From NCBI GenBank assembly GCA_039980135.1, contig JBDXCV010000003.1, positions 1,027,458-1,091,457 of the forward strand: a stretch of DNA of 64,000 nucleotides. Direction: 5' to 3'. The notes beneath the pieces were generated by a model. That model was not told the origin of the DNA. It was given only the letters and a program-made list of their open reading frames with translations, and did not search any database. Positions 1 to 11,171 of the stretch are shown here, piece by piece. This DNA is from Alphaproteobacteria bacterium (GTDB lineage: Bacteria > Pseudomonadota > Alphaproteobacteria > UBA6615). Numbering within the stretch: the stretch's first letter is position 1; every line of letters starts with the position of its first letter. The position numbers and the translations under genes were made by a program.

Positions 1-154
1 TCTCGCCGAGATGCTGGGCGACTTCGAGGATCAGGCGGTTGCCGTGGTTATCGGATTCTAGGGCGTTCAGGATCGGTGGCAGTTCGCTGTCGAACTGAAC
101 GTCGACGACGGCGCCGAGTACCTGGGTGATCTTGCCGACAATATTCTTGGACAT
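1..154 (-). CDS. atpD: F0F1 ATP synthase beta subunit, N-terminal fragment (gene continues beyond window start)
   Basis: Reverse-strand translation from ATG at 152-154 reads [51 protein letters not shown], a typical AtpD N-terminus. Sits upstream of atpG in operon order. GGAGAA RBS present. Confidence 0.85.
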   Translation of the reverse strand, partial: MSKNIVGKITQVLGAVVDVQFDSELPPILNALESDNHGNRLILEVAQHLGE

Positions 155-187
155 AGTGTTCTCCTCGCCCTTTTTGAGCCGAGTGGT

Positions 188-1090
188 CTAGAGCGCTTCC
201 GCGCCAGAGATAATTTCGATGAGTTCCGTGGTGATCGCCGCCTGGCGTGTGCGGTTGTACTGGATGGTCAGCTTGTTGATCATATCGCCCGCATTTCGTG
301 TCGCGCTGTCCATGGCCGTCATCCGTGCACCCTGTTCCGAGGCGAAGGATTCGAGCATCGCGCGGAAGACCTGAACCGACAGGTTGCGCGGCAGCAGATC
401 CGTGAGGATCTCTTTTTCGTCGGGTTCGTACTCGTAGGCCGCATTGCTCGCGACATCCGAGCTGTCATCCGCCGCCTCCGATTCGTCGGCCTCGGGCAGC
501 GCGAACGGAATCAGCTGCTGCGGCGTGACATCCTGAGTCAGCGCGGAAATGAACTTGTTATAAACGATCGTGCAGACATCGATCTCGCCTGCCTCGAACA
601 TGGTGCGGACGCGCTGTGCGATCTCGACGGCGGTCTCGAAGCGGGGCGCGGGACGCGCCGTATCCTCAAGGGTATCGATGATCATGCTGTCGAACTCGGC
701 GCGCAGAATGCCGCGACCCTTGCGGCCGACCATGAGTATCTTGACCTCCTTGCCGTCGGCGCGAAGAGCCAGAATTCGTTGGCGGGCCCACCGGGTGACG
801 CTGCCATTGAAGCCGCCGCACAGGCCGCGATCAGTCGTCATGATCACGAGCAGGTGGACGTTGTCCTTGCCGCTACCCGCGAGCAGCGGCGGTGCATTGC
901 CCGACGCCGCGGCACTCTCCGCGAGCGAGCCGAGCATACGCTCCATGCGCTCGGAATAGGGCCGCGCCGCAATTGCTTCTTCCTGGGCGCGGCGCAGTTT
1001 GGCAGCCGCGACCATCTTCATCGCCGACGTAATACGCTGCGTCGACTTCACGGACGCAATTCGGACTCTGAAATCCTTGAGGCTGGCCAT
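188..1090 (-). CDS. atpG: F0F1 ATP synthase gamma subunit
   Basis: 300 aa. N-terminus [37 protein letters not shown] and C-terminus ...[12 protein letters not shown] are hallmark AtpG. Lies between atpA and atpD. Confidence 0.95.
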   Translation of the reverse strand: MASLKDFRVRIASVKSTQRITSAMKMVAAAKLRRAQEEAIAARPYSERMERMLGSLAESAAASGNAPPLLAGSGKDNVHLLVIMTTDRGLCGGFNGSVTRWARQRILALRADGKEVKILMVGRKGRGILRAEFDSMIIDTLEDTARPAPRFETAVEIAQRVRTMFEAGEIDVCTIVYNKFISALTQDVTPQQLIPFALPEADESEAADDSSDVASNAAYEYEPDEKEILTDLLPRNLSVQVFRAMLESFASEQGARMTAMDSATRNAGDMINKLTIQYNRTRQAAITTELIEIISGAEAL

Positions 1091-1119
1091 CGTCTTGTCT
1101 TTACGCTCTCTGGCGGGTG

Positions 1120-2649
<1,530 letters not shown>

Positions 2650-2652
2650 CCT

Positions 2653-3210
2653 CTACGCTCCCTTCATGGCGTACTGCAGGCGCTGAAGCTTGGTTTTCAG
2701 CGATGCATCGATCATCCGCGAACCAACCCGGACCACCAGCCCGCCAATGAGCGAGGGATCCACTTTCGGTTCGACGGCTATTTTTCCACCTAGTTTTGCA
2801 CGCAGGCTCTCGGTGAGCTGCTGCAGTTGTTCATCATTCAGCGTGCGGGCGGACGTCACCTCGGCGGTGATTTCGCCGCGCCGGCGCGCGAGTTCGGCCA
2901 GATAGGCATCGATCATGGCGGCCAGCGCGAACAGCCGGTTGTTTCCGGCAGCCACACCGACAAATCGCCGGGTGAGTTCGTTCGCGGCGCCTTTTTCGAG
3001 GATCACCGTCATTGCCCGCGCCTTGTCGTCGCGGTCGATCAACGGCGAACGCAGGAGCTTCGTCAGCTCTTCGCTGTCCGCAATGAGTTGTTTCAGGTCT
3101 GCGAGGTCGCCGGCCACGTCGTCGAGGCACTTGGCCTCGTCCGCGAGCTCGTACAATGCGAGCCCGTAGCGTTCCGCGATATCACCGACAACACTTGTAT
3201 CTGCCGCCAC
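2653..3210 (-). CDS. atpH: F0F1 ATP synthase delta (OSCP) subunit
   Basis: 185 aa with OSCP-like sequence. GTG start at 3208-3210. First gene of the atpHAGD block. Confidence 0.9.
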   Translation of the reverse strand: MAADTSVVGDIAERYGLALYELADEAKCLDDVAGDLADLKQLIADSEELTKLLRSPLIDRDDKARAMTVILEKGAANELTRRFVGVAAGNNRLFALAAMIDAYLAELARRRGEITAEVTSARTLNDEQLQQLTESLRAKLGGKIAVEPKVDPSLIGGLVVRVGSRMIDASLKTKLQRLQYAMKGA

Positions 3211-3266
3211 TGTGCGACTGCCCCCCGGAGCCCGTTTTTGCTTGCGCGAGTAGTTGTAACCGATTG

Positions 3267-3280
3267 ATATCTATAGATAT
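3267..3280. promoter_or_regulatory. Perfect 14-bp AT palindrome ATATCTATAGATAT in the atpH upstream region
   Basis: Seen directly in the sequence. Lies 57-70 nt upstream of the atpH start in an otherwise GC-rich genome. Candidate operator or promoter element. Confidence 0.4.
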
Positions 3281-3484
3281 TTTTCGGCTGCCGATTGGCG
3301 GGAAGAGACCCGTCAACGAGGCAGCCGCTTGGTAGCATACGCCTCGGGGGCTGGCAAGCGTACCGCAGTGCAAAAAACCGGAGAAAAACGCCGGGTTTTC
3401 GGTGGTTCGCATCGGGGGTTCGCTGCGGCGGCGTTTCGTCGCGCGTCGCCAACGTGATCGGTCGGTTGGGCGACAGGGCGTTTT

Positions 3485-5701
3485 TTAGAGAAAGCTGTAG
3501 GGATCGATGTCCACGCGTACCCGTGCGCCGGAGGGAACCCTGACCTGCGCCAGCCATGCCCGGACAAGGCCCTGGATCGGCTGGTCCAGCCCGGCTTTGA
3601 GCAGGAGCCGCCGTCGATGCTGGCCGCGCAAAAGCGAAAGCGGGGCCGGTGCGGGGCCGAGCACCCGAACGCCGGGGGCGTCGGGCGCGCAGCGCGCCAG
3701 CGCGCGCGACAGATCGTCGGCAACCCGCGGATCGCGGCTTGACACGATAATGGCGGCCAGGCGCCCGAAGGGAGGCCAGGCGCCGGTGCGCCGGGCGTCT
3801 GTCTCGAGCGTCATGAAACCGTCCCGGTTCCCGGTGGCCAGGGCCTGCATGACCGGGTGGTCGGGCTGGAAGGTCTGTATAAGCACCCGGCCCGGGCGTT
3901 CGGCGCGCCCGGCTCTGCCCGATACCTGCTGCAGGACCTGGTATGTCCGTTCGGCCGCGCGCAGGTCCCCGCCGGCGAGGCCCAGATCCGCATCGACGAT
4001 TCCCACGAGAGTGAGGTTGGGGAAATGATGTCCCTTGGCCACCATCTGTGTGCCGATCAGGATGTCGATTTCCTGATTCTCGACCGAATGTACCAACCGC
4101 TGCGCGGCCACCGGGCCCCGCATGGTATCGCTGGTCATGATTTCCAGGCGCGCCTCGGGCAACAACGTTCTGACCTCTTCGGCGATGCGCTCGACACCCG
4201 GACCGCATGCCACCAGCGTGTCGGCCTTGTCGCAGGACGGGCAGTTCGTCGGGATCGGCACTTCGTATCCGCAATGGTGGCATTGCAGCCTTTTTCGGAA
4301 CCGGTGCTCGGTCAGCCAGGCGCTGCAGCTCGGGCAGGCGAAGCGGTGGCCGCAGGTCCGGCACAATGTCAGCGGGGCATAGCCCCGACGGTTCAGGAAC
4401 AGGAGGGCCTGTTCGCCGTCGGCCATGTTCGCGGTCAGTGCGTTTACCAATGGTTCCGACAGGAACCGGTCGGCGCGCATGTCGCCGTCGCGCATGTCGA
4501 TCGTCTCGATCGTCGGCAGCGCCGACAGGCCGAAACGCTCGGGAAGCGCGATCGACTTGTAGCGTTCGCGTTCGACGTTCACACGCGTCTCCAGAGACGG
4601 GGTCGCGGAGGCAACGATGATCGGGCAATCGGCGATCCGGGCGCGTACCACGGCCATGTCGCGACCGTGATACGCCACGCCGTCTTCCTGCTTGAAAGCG
4701 GATTCATGCTCCTCGTCGACGACCACCAGGCCCAGTTCGGGAAACGGCAGGAAAAGTGCCGACCGGGCGCCGACCACGACCCGGGCCTCACCGTCGGCCA
4801 CCGCGCGCCAGGTCTTGCGGCGACGGACCTGTCCGAGGTCCGAATGCCAGACCGCGGGTGCCACACCGAACCGGCGTTCGAACCGGTCGAGCCATTGCGG
4901 TGTCAGGGCGATCTCGGGCAGCAGCACGAGCACTTGCCGGCCGGTCGTCAGGGCGGCGGCGAGCGCCTCGAAATAGACTTCCGTCTTGCCCGAGCCCGTC
5001 ACCCCGTCCAGCAGCGTGACCGCGAAGCAAGCCGCCGCGACGTCCTCGCAAAGCGTATGCGCGGCTCGCGCCTGATCGTCCGACAAGGCCATGCCCGGCC
5101 GGGAGACGTCCGGTGCCGCGAAGGCGGGAGGTGGCGCCAGTTCGATTCTTTCGAGGGCACCCGCATCGGCCAGCCCCTTGATGACGCTTTGCGTGACGCC
5201 GGCCTCGGTCGCCAGGTCGCGTGCTGTCAGGGGTGGCCCGTCGCGCAGCACATCGAGGACCCGTGTCCGCGCCGGAGTCATCCGCAGGCCTTCCGGCAGT
5301 CCCGCCGCCAGATAGGCCGTCACGGGCTTCGGCGGAGCCAGCGCATCGGGAGAGCGCATCGCCATGCGCAGCACCGCGCCAGGCGCGCTGAGCGTATAGG
5401 CGGCGACCCAGTCGACGAAGCGGCGCAGTTCCTCGGGTAGCGGGCGGGTGTCGATCCGGTCGGTGATCGGCCGTAACTTTTTCTCGTCCACATCGCCGGC
5501 GGCCGGGCCCCACACCACACCCGTCATCTCCCGCGAGCCCAGCGGCGCATGCACGAAGTCACCGGGTTGCACGGCCATGCCCGGCGGCACGGTGTAGTCA
5601 TACGGCCCGGCGACCGGCAGCGGCAGCAAAACGCTGATCGTTTCGCCGTCCGCGTCGGTCCGGTCGTCATGTCCGGGTGTAGTGGTGTCGGTCAGGGGCA
5701 T
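3485..5701 (-). CDS. priA: Primosomal protein N' (replication restart helicase PriA)
   Basis: DEAD/DEAH helicase motifs ([12 protein letters not shown]), a Cys-rich zinc-binding region ([13 protein letters not shown]...CHHCGYE...CPSCD) and a C-terminal helicase domain. ATG at 5701 chosen; the ORF track extends to a TTG at 5737. Confidence 0.9.
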   Translation of the reverse strand: MPLTDTTTPGHDDRTDADGETISVLLPLPVAGPYDYTVPPGMAVQPGDFVHAPLGSREMTGVVWGPAAGDVDEKKLRPITDRIDTRPLPEELRRFVDWVAAYTLSAPGAVLRMAMRSPDALAPPKPVTAYLAAGLPEGLRMTPARTRVLDVLRDGPPLTARDLATEAGVTQSVIKGLADAGALERIELAPPPAFAAPDVSRPGMALSDDQARAAHTLCEDVAAACFAVTLLDGVTGSGKTEVYFEALAAALTTGRQVLVLLPEIALTPQWLDRFERRFGVAPAVWHSDLGQVRRRKTWRAVADGEARVVVGARSALFLPFPELGLVVVDEEHESAFKQEDGVAYHGRDMAVVRARIADCPIIVASATPSLETRVNVERERYKSIALPERFGLSALPTIETIDMRDGDMRADRFLSEPLVNALTANMADGEQALLFLNRRGYAPLTLCRTCGHRFACPSCSAWLTEHRFRKRLQCHHCGYEVPIPTNCPSCDKADTLVACGPGVERIAEEVRTLLPEARLEIMTSDTMRGPVAAQRLVHSVENQEIDILIGTQMVAKGHHFPNLTLVGIVDADLGLAGGDLRAAERTYQVLQQVSGRAGRAERPGRVLIQTFQPDHPVMQALATGNRDGFMTLETDARRTGAWPPFGRLAAIIVSSRDPRVADDLSRALARCAPDAPGVRVLGPAPAPLSLLRGQHRRRLLLKAGLDQPIQGLVRAWLAQVRVPSGARVRVDIDPYSFL

Positions 5702-5811
5702 CGGGTACACTTTATCCGGCGACTCGCAACGGGCCAACGCATGGCGCAGGTGATTGCGGGAACAGAATCCTGGCGCTTCGAAAACACGGCGCAGAAGAAG
5801 GAATTCGGGGA

Positions 5812-6501
5812 ATGAAGTTTTTTGTGGATACCGCCGATCTGGCGGAAATTCGCGATCTGGCCGACACCGGCCTGCTGGATGGGGTCACGACCAACCCCTC
5901 CCTGATCGCCAAGTCGGGGCGCAACATGCTCGATGTGATCGCCGAGATTTGTGATGTGGTTCCCGGCCCGGTCAGTGCCGAGGTCACCGGCACGGATGTC
6001 GAAACCATGCTGGCCGAGGCCGATGTGCTTGCGGCCGTAGCGTCGAATGTAGCGATCAAGGTGCCGCTGACACCCGCCGGCCTGAAGACATGCAAGACGC
6101 TGCGTGATCGCGATATCATGGTCAACGTGACCCTTTGTTTCTCGGCCGCGCAGGCGGTCCTGGCGGCCAAGGCCGGCGCGAGCTTCATATCGCCGTTCGT
6201 CGGGCGTCTCGACGACATGGGATTGCGCGGCCTCGATCTGATCGAGGATATCGTCGAGATCTATGCCCAGTATGATAATTTCGAGACTGAAGTCCTCGTC
6301 GCCTCGATCCGCGGCCCGGCGCATGTGGTCGAATCGGCCATGGCCGGCGCGCATGTCGCGACCTTGCCGCCGAACGTCTTGCGTCAGCTCTATCAGCATC
6401 CGCTGACCGATAAGGGGCTCGCCGCATTCATGAAGGATTGGGAAGCGACGGGGCAGTCGATCCTGGAACAGGCGAATGACCGGAAGAATGCCGCAGAATA
6501 G
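5812..6501 (+). CDS. tal: Transaldolase / fructose-6-phosphate aldolase family (short Tal type 3B)
   Basis: 229 aa. [16 protein letters not shown]...[11 protein letters not shown] motif. Active-site Lys context (AIKVPLT). Confidence 0.9.
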   Translation: MKFFVDTADLAEIRDLADTGLLDGVTTNPSLIAKSGRNMLDVIAEICDVVPGPVSAEVTGTDVETMLAEADVLAAVASNVAIKVPLTPAGLKTCKTLRDRDIMVNVTLCFSAAQAVLAAKAGASFISPFVGRLDDMGLRGLDLIEDIVEIYAQYDNFETEVLVASIRGPAHVVESAMAGAHVATLPPNVLRQLYQHPLTDKGLAAFMKDWEATGQSILEQANDRKNAAE

Positions 6502-6504
6502 AGA

Positions 6505-7257
6505 TTGTTTCGTGAGGGTCGGCCCGTGAGCACCAAGGCCCCGCGCCAGGATGCGCCGGCACCGATTGAGCTGAGCGAAGGCCAGGTCACCGGTTTCTTG
6601 CAAGCCAACCCGGATTTCCTGAAGCGTCATCCCGAACTTCTGTCGGTTCTCGAGGCGCCGGAACGGGCGTTCGCCGACGTCGACCCGGCGGGCGGTGAGG
6701 TGGTCGATCTGCAGGACGCCATGCTCGGGCGGGTGCGTGCGGATCTCGAGAAACAACGCGAGCAGTGCACCGACCTTATTGATGCCAGCCGTTCGAACCT
6801 GCAGAGCCAGAACCGAATCCATGCCGCCGTCGTCGCGTTGCTCAAGGCACGTTCCCTCGATCATCTGATCGAAATACTGACAATTGACCTTGTCGGGCTT
6901 TTGCATGTCGATGCGGCCGCGCTGTGTCTCGAGGGCGGCACCGTCGCCCCGGGCAACAGCCAGGGCGTGCGTGTGGTCCCCGTCGGGACCATCGAACGGC
7001 TCGTCGATATATCGCGCGCGGTGACGCTGCGCGAAGACATCGAGGGCGATCGCAGGCTGTATGGCGAAGCCGCCGGCCTCGTGCGTTCCGAAGTATTATT
7101 GCGGCTGACGGTACGCCAGGACGCGCCGGTCGCGTTGCTGGCACTCGGAAGCCGCGACCCGCAGCGTTTCCATGCCGGGCAGGGATCTGAACTCCTGGTG
7201 TTCCTGGCGGCCATCATGGAACACAGCATCCGCACATGGCTCGACCTGCCACGCTAA
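6505..7257 (+). CDS. DUF484 family protein (GAF-like), conserved partner of xerC
   Basis: 250 aa. Sits immediately upstream of xerC and overlaps it by 22 nt, as is usual for DUF484. Start may be the GTG at 6526. Confidence 0.7.
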   Translation: MFREGRPVSTKAPRQDAPAPIELSEGQVTGFLQANPDFLKRHPELLSVLEAPERAFADVDPAGGEVVDLQDAMLGRVRADLEKQREQCTDLIDASRSNLQSQNRIHAAVVALLKARSLDHLIEILTIDLVGLLHVDAAALCLEGGTVAPGNSQGVRVVPVGTIERLVDISRAVTLREDIEGDRRLYGEAAGLVRSEVLLRLTVRQDAPVALLALGSRDPQRFHAGQGSELLVFLAAIMEHSIRTWLDLPR

Positions 7258-8207
7258 AGACCTTCGACCCCGCGACGGTACCCGCTGCACATGACCTGTG
7301 TGACGCGCTGGAAAATTGGCAAGCCCTGCTTCTCACCGAACGCCGTGCGTCGGAGCACACGGTGCAGGCCTATCTCCGCGACGTTTGTGCGTTTCTGGAT
7401 TTCCTGTCCGAGCATGGCGGCGGGGCCGTATCGCTTGCGAGTCTTTTCGCGCTCAAACCCGGCGACTTTCGGGCCTGGCTGGCGATGCGCAGCACGACGG
7501 GATATGCCCGCAGCTCGACATCCCGGGCGCTTTCTTCCGTGCGCATGTTGTTCCGGTATCTCGATCGCGAAGGGCTCGGGCATAACCCCGCCATCGGGGC
7601 GGTGCGTGGCCCGCGCTTGCCGCGCGCGGTCCCCAAGGCACTGAGTCGGCCCGAAACGGAAGACCTGTTGCAGGCTTTGGACCAGGGGGCGGCGGCGCCG
7701 GCATGGGTCACCGCGCGGGACATGGCGGTAATCCTGTTGCTCTACGGGTGCGGGCTGCGAATCTCGGAGGCGCTGGAACTCAACAACCGCGACATGCCCC
7801 GCGACGGTAGCCTGACGGTCGTCGGCAAGGGCGGGAAGACCCGGATGGTTCCCGTGCTGCCGGCCGTTAGTGAGGCGCTCGAGACGTATCTGTCGACATG
7901 CCCCCACCCGCTGACGCCGAACGGTCCGCTGTTCGTCGGGGCCCGGGGTGGCCGGCTCGGCGCCCGGGTGGTGCAGAAGCGGGTGCAGGCGTTGCGCCTC
8001 GCACTCGGGCTTCCCCGTGAGACCACGCCGCATGCGCTGCGTCATTCATTCGCGACTCATCTCCTCTCGGCCGGTGGCGATCTGCGTGCCATCCAGGAGT
8101 TGCTCGGACACGCGTCCCTCTCGACGACCCAGCGCTATACCGATGTTGATAGTGCGCGTTTGCTTGATGTCTACAGCAAGGCGCACCCCCGTGCGCAGAA
8201 ACGCTAG
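7236..8207 (+). CDS. xerC: Tyrosine recombinase XerC
   Basis: 323 aa. Phage-integrase fold with catalytic R...HxxR...Y (C-terminal HASLSTTQRYTDV). Typical N-terminal core-binding region. Confidence 0.9.
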   Translation: MARPATLKTFDPATVPAAHDLCDALENWQALLLTERRASEHTVQAYLRDVCAFLDFLSEHGGGAVSLASLFALKPGDFRAWLAMRSTTGYARSSTSRALSSVRMLFRYLDREGLGHNPAIGAVRGPRLPRAVPKALSRPETEDLLQALDQGAAAPAWVTARDMAVILLLYGCGLRISEALELNNRDMPRDGSLTVVGKGGKTRMVPVLPAVSEALETYLSTCPHPLTPNGPLFVGARGGRLGARVVQKRVQALRLALGLPRETTPHALRHSFATHLLSAGGDLRAIQELLGHASLSTTQRYTDVDSARLLDVYSKAHPRAQKR

Positions 8208-8920
8208 TCGCGAAAACAGACGACGTCATATTCCAGCATCCGCCCGTAATGCCGGCTCCAGTAGCCCGGGATCACGAGATGGGGACGCAGCCCCAGCGTC
8301 GCCAGTTGCTCCAGAAGCGGCAGGTGATCCGGCTGGCCTTCATAGATGGGCTGGATGGAGAGCTCGAGCTGAACGCCGGTGATCCGGTCCCAGCAACCCG
8401 CCGCACCCGACAGCACCTGGGCTTCGAAGCCCTGGGTATCGGATTTCAGAAATATGTGCCCCTGGCCGGTGACATGGGCCGCAAGCGCGTCGGCCACGGT
8501 GGTGACCGGCACTGTTTCGACCCCCGTCGCGCGCGTGCTGGCCAGTCGTTCCTGCGCGGTGGCATCCAGGGGAAGTATCGAACTCATATCGGATTCCGGC
8601 GAGACGTGGATATCCGTCTCGCCGGGCGCGGCACCGACCGCCGCGCGCGGGGCCACGTCCCAATCTGCGTCCCCGGCGGCCCGCACCTTGAGCTGATCAT
8701 ATGCGGAGGAAAGTGGCTCGAATGAAATGATCCGGCCCGGATACCCGTTCTGCCGGAGCGCGTTCGCGTACTGGCCCACATTCGCACCGATATCGAAGAC
8801 ACAGTCGATTTCGTGGCCGTCGAGCAGCGATACGATCTGCGACCAGTGTCTCGCACCGCCGGGGAAGGGCGCGATGTCATAGCCGAAGCGGCGGGCGATC
8901 CTGCGTGTGAATCCGACCAT
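8204..8920 (-). CDS. FkbM family SAM-dependent methyltransferase
   Basis: 238 aa. FDIGANVGQYA motif (Methyltransf_21). Convergent with xerC, overlapping it by 4 nt. Confidence 0.75.
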   Translation of the reverse strand: MVGFTRRIARRFGYDIAPFPGGARHWSQIVSLLDGHEIDCVFDIGANVGQYANALRQNGYPGRIISFEPLSSAYDQLKVRAAGDADWDVAPRAAVGAAPGETDIHVSPESDMSSILPLDATAQERLASTRATGVETVPVTTVADALAAHVTGQGHIFLKSDTQGFEAQVLSGAAGCWDRITGVQLELSIQPIYEGQPDHLPLLEQLATLGLRPHLVIPGYWSRHYGRMLEYDVVCFRD

Positions 8921-9089
8921 GGAGTATGTGCCAAGCGGTTATCGGTATGTCGGCTGCGCCGGGGGCGCAGGAACTTGAGGCTACCATCGAATCGTCAGGA
9001 ATCGCACAGATGCTGTGATGGCATCGCGGGTTTGCCCGTGGCGGCGAGGGGCGTTAGCTTGCGAGGCTGTACCCGGAGAGGGTGTCCCC

Positions 9090-10778
9090 ATGACGAATTC
9101 AGATGTTCCGTCGCGTAGCTTTGAAGCCAAGGTTTTTTGGCGGCTCGTGACGCCGTTTGTCCTCGCGGTCCTGATCGTCACGGCATCGGCGGCGTTTGTC
9201 ATCAATCTCTCCGCACGCGCGCAGGACCGGATGGCGGCCGAATCGTCCCGGACTCTCGTTCGCGCGCTTGTGTCGGGTTTCGAGCGGGATCTCGATCTGC
9301 TCGTTTATGACAATAGCTGGTGGAATGTGGCCTTCGAAAACCTCGTCGAGACGCTGGACAAGGATTGGGCGGACGACAACATCGGGACCTATGCCGCCGA
9401 CACCCACGGATTGTCGGAATCCTTCGTCCTGTCGCCGAATAACAAGACGAAGATCGCCTATGTCGACGGAGTCCCGTCCCTCGAGGATGCGCGGTCCTAT
9501 TTCGGACCGGCGCTTGATCGCCTGGTCCAGGAGACCCGTGCATCGTCCATGTTCGAACCGGTGCCGGCGTCGGGCTATTTCCTGCGCGACGGAGAGTTGC
9601 ACCTGGTCTCGGCGAGTGCGCTTACCCTGGAAAACCCGATGGGGGTCGAAACGGAACGGCATGTCCGCCACGTCCTGGTATACGGGAAGCAACTTTCGGC
9701 GACGTTGCTCGACGAGCTATCAGCCGGGTTCGGGGTCGACAATCTGCACATCGTTTTCGACCCGCCGCCGGCCGAGCCTTCCCGGCTTTCCGCATCCCTT
9801 GCCGGACCCCGGGGCGCCGTTGTTGCCTGGTTGACCTGGAACGCGCCGCGTCCCGGCAGCGATTTGCTTGCGCCCCTTCGCATCTGGCGGGCCGTTGCGG
9901 TGGCTGTGGTTGTGGCGCTGAGTCTCCTGTTTGTGCGCCAGGTGCTTCGCATGGCCCGGCGGGTTGCGGACCATAGCCGCCAGCTGGCCGAGAAAGACCA
10001 TCAGCTCGCGCAGTCGAGCAAACTGGCATTGCTGGGGGAAATGGCCGCCGGTGTGGTGCATGAGTTGAACCAGCCGCTCAACATCATCCGCATGGCAACA
10101 GAGCAGACCCGGATCAAGTTTCGCGCCGCTGATGCCGGACCCGAAGGTCAGAAGATCGAAAGTCAGCTTGAAATCATCGCCGGACAGACCGAACGCATGG
10201 CCGAGACCGTTCAGTCGATGCGGATTTTCAGCCGCGATGACTATGGGCGCAAGCTCGCATTTGACCCGACCCGCTCGGTCGCGCAGGCGGTGGATTGGTT
10301 GCGGCCCGACTTCGAGGAGCGTGGGGTCGTACTCGATATCGGGATGCCGGCGCAGTGTGGCCGCGTTTTCGGGGAGCCGTCGCGCTTCGAACAGGTGATC
10401 GTCAATTTGTTGATCAATGCGCGTGATGCCGTCGAAGCGAACGCCGACGGGTCCGTCACATCGGATCCGTCGCGGGTTGTCCGCGTCACGGTATCCGACG
10501 ATCCGGCGCGCGAGATGGTGAACATTGCGGTTCGGGACAACGGTCAGGGCATCCCGGTCGAGCATATCGACCGTGTGTTCGAACCCTTCTTTACCACCAA
10601 GGAACCCGGGGCCGGCACGGGCCTGGGCCTTTCGATCTCCTACGGCATCGTGAGCGGCATGAATGGCACATTGCTGGCGGAGAACACCGGAGATGGTGCC
10701 GAATTCCGCATCGAATTGCCGCGAATCATGCCGGCCGATGTTGCAGGTGCATCCGCGGCGTCGATGGAACTAGAATAG
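9090..10778 (+). CDS. Sensor histidine kinase with a large periplasmic sensor domain (two TM helices, HisKA + HATPase_c)
   Basis: TM1 near aa 20-40, a ~230-aa extracytoplasmic domain, then TM2 (LAPLRIWRAVAVAVVVALSLLFV). H-box HELNQPLNIIRMATEQ. N/G1/G2 boxes (NLLINARDAV, RDNGQGIP, GTGLGLSIS). ATG at 9090 preceded by GGAGAG RBS. Confidence 0.85.
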   Translation: MTNSDVPSRSFEAKVFWRLVTPFVLAVLIVTASAAFVINLSARAQDRMAAESSRTLVRALVSGFERDLDLLVYDNSWWNVAFENLVETLDKDWADDNIGTYAADTHGLSESFVLSPNNKTKIAYVDGVPSLEDARSYFGPALDRLVQETRASSMFEPVPASGYFLRDGELHLVSASALTLENPMGVETERHVRHVLVYGKQLSATLLDELSAGFGVDNLHIVFDPPPAEPSRLSASLAGPRGAVVAWLTWNAPRPGSDLLAPLRIWRAVAVAVVVALSLLFVRQVLRMARRVADHSRQLAEKDHQLAQSSKLALLGEMAAGVVHELNQPLNIIRMATEQTRIKFRAADAGPEGQKIESQLEIIAGQTERMAETVQSMRIFSRDDYGRKLAFDPTRSVAQAVDWLRPDFEERGVVLDIGMPAQCGRVFGEPSRFEQVIVNLLINARDAVEANADGSVTSDPSRVVRVTVSDDPAREMVNIAVRDNGQGIPVEHIDRVFEPFFTTKEPGAGTGLGLSISYGIVSGMNGTLLAENTGDGAEFRIELPRIMPADVAGASAASMELE

Positions 10779-10782
10779 GTCC

Positions 10783-11151
10783 ATGACCGGCGCCCACATC
10801 CTTGTTGTCGATGATGAACCGCTTGCGGCCGAACAGGTTGCGCGTTTCCTCGAAGGGCCGTCCGTGCGGACCAGTACCGCCGGGAGCGGGCGGAGCGCTC
10901 TGGCCCTGCATACAAGCGATCCGGCCGACATGATCGTGACCGATCTGCGTATGCCGGATGGCGATGGGGTGGAGTTGATCCACGCCATACGGTCGCGCGA
11001 TACCGAACTGCCGATAATCGTCGTGACGGGTCAGGTCTTGCGCGAAGCCGAAGCGGAAGCCCTCGATGCGGGCGCCACGGTATTGTTGCGCAAGCCGCTT
11101 GATCTGGGTGAACTCGCCGCAGCGTTCAGCGCCAATCTGAAGGCCGGCTGA
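10783..11151 (+). CDS. Single-domain response regulator (CheY-like receiver)
   Basis: 122 aa. ILVVDDEP...MIVTDLRMPDGDG...IIVVTG receiver motifs. 4 nt downstream of the kinase. Confidence 0.85.
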   Translation: MTGAHILVVDDEPLAAEQVARFLEGPSVRTSTAGSGRSALALHTSDPADMIVTDLRMPDGDGVELIHAIRSRDTELPIIVVTGQVLREAEAEALDAGATVLLRKPLDLGELAAAFSANLKAG

Positions 11152-11171
11152 CAACCGTCTTCAGTGCAAAC

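Noticed and set aside
3093-5440. Long antisense ORFs overlapping priA (511 aa at 3093-4628 minus; 527 aa at 3857-5440 plus), with similar ones antisense to atpA, lpdA, sucB, sucA, argH, lysA and tyrC.
   Set aside because: Arg/Pro/Gly/Ala-rich low-complexity translations typical of high-GC shadow frames. Each fully overlaps a confidently identified housekeeping gene.
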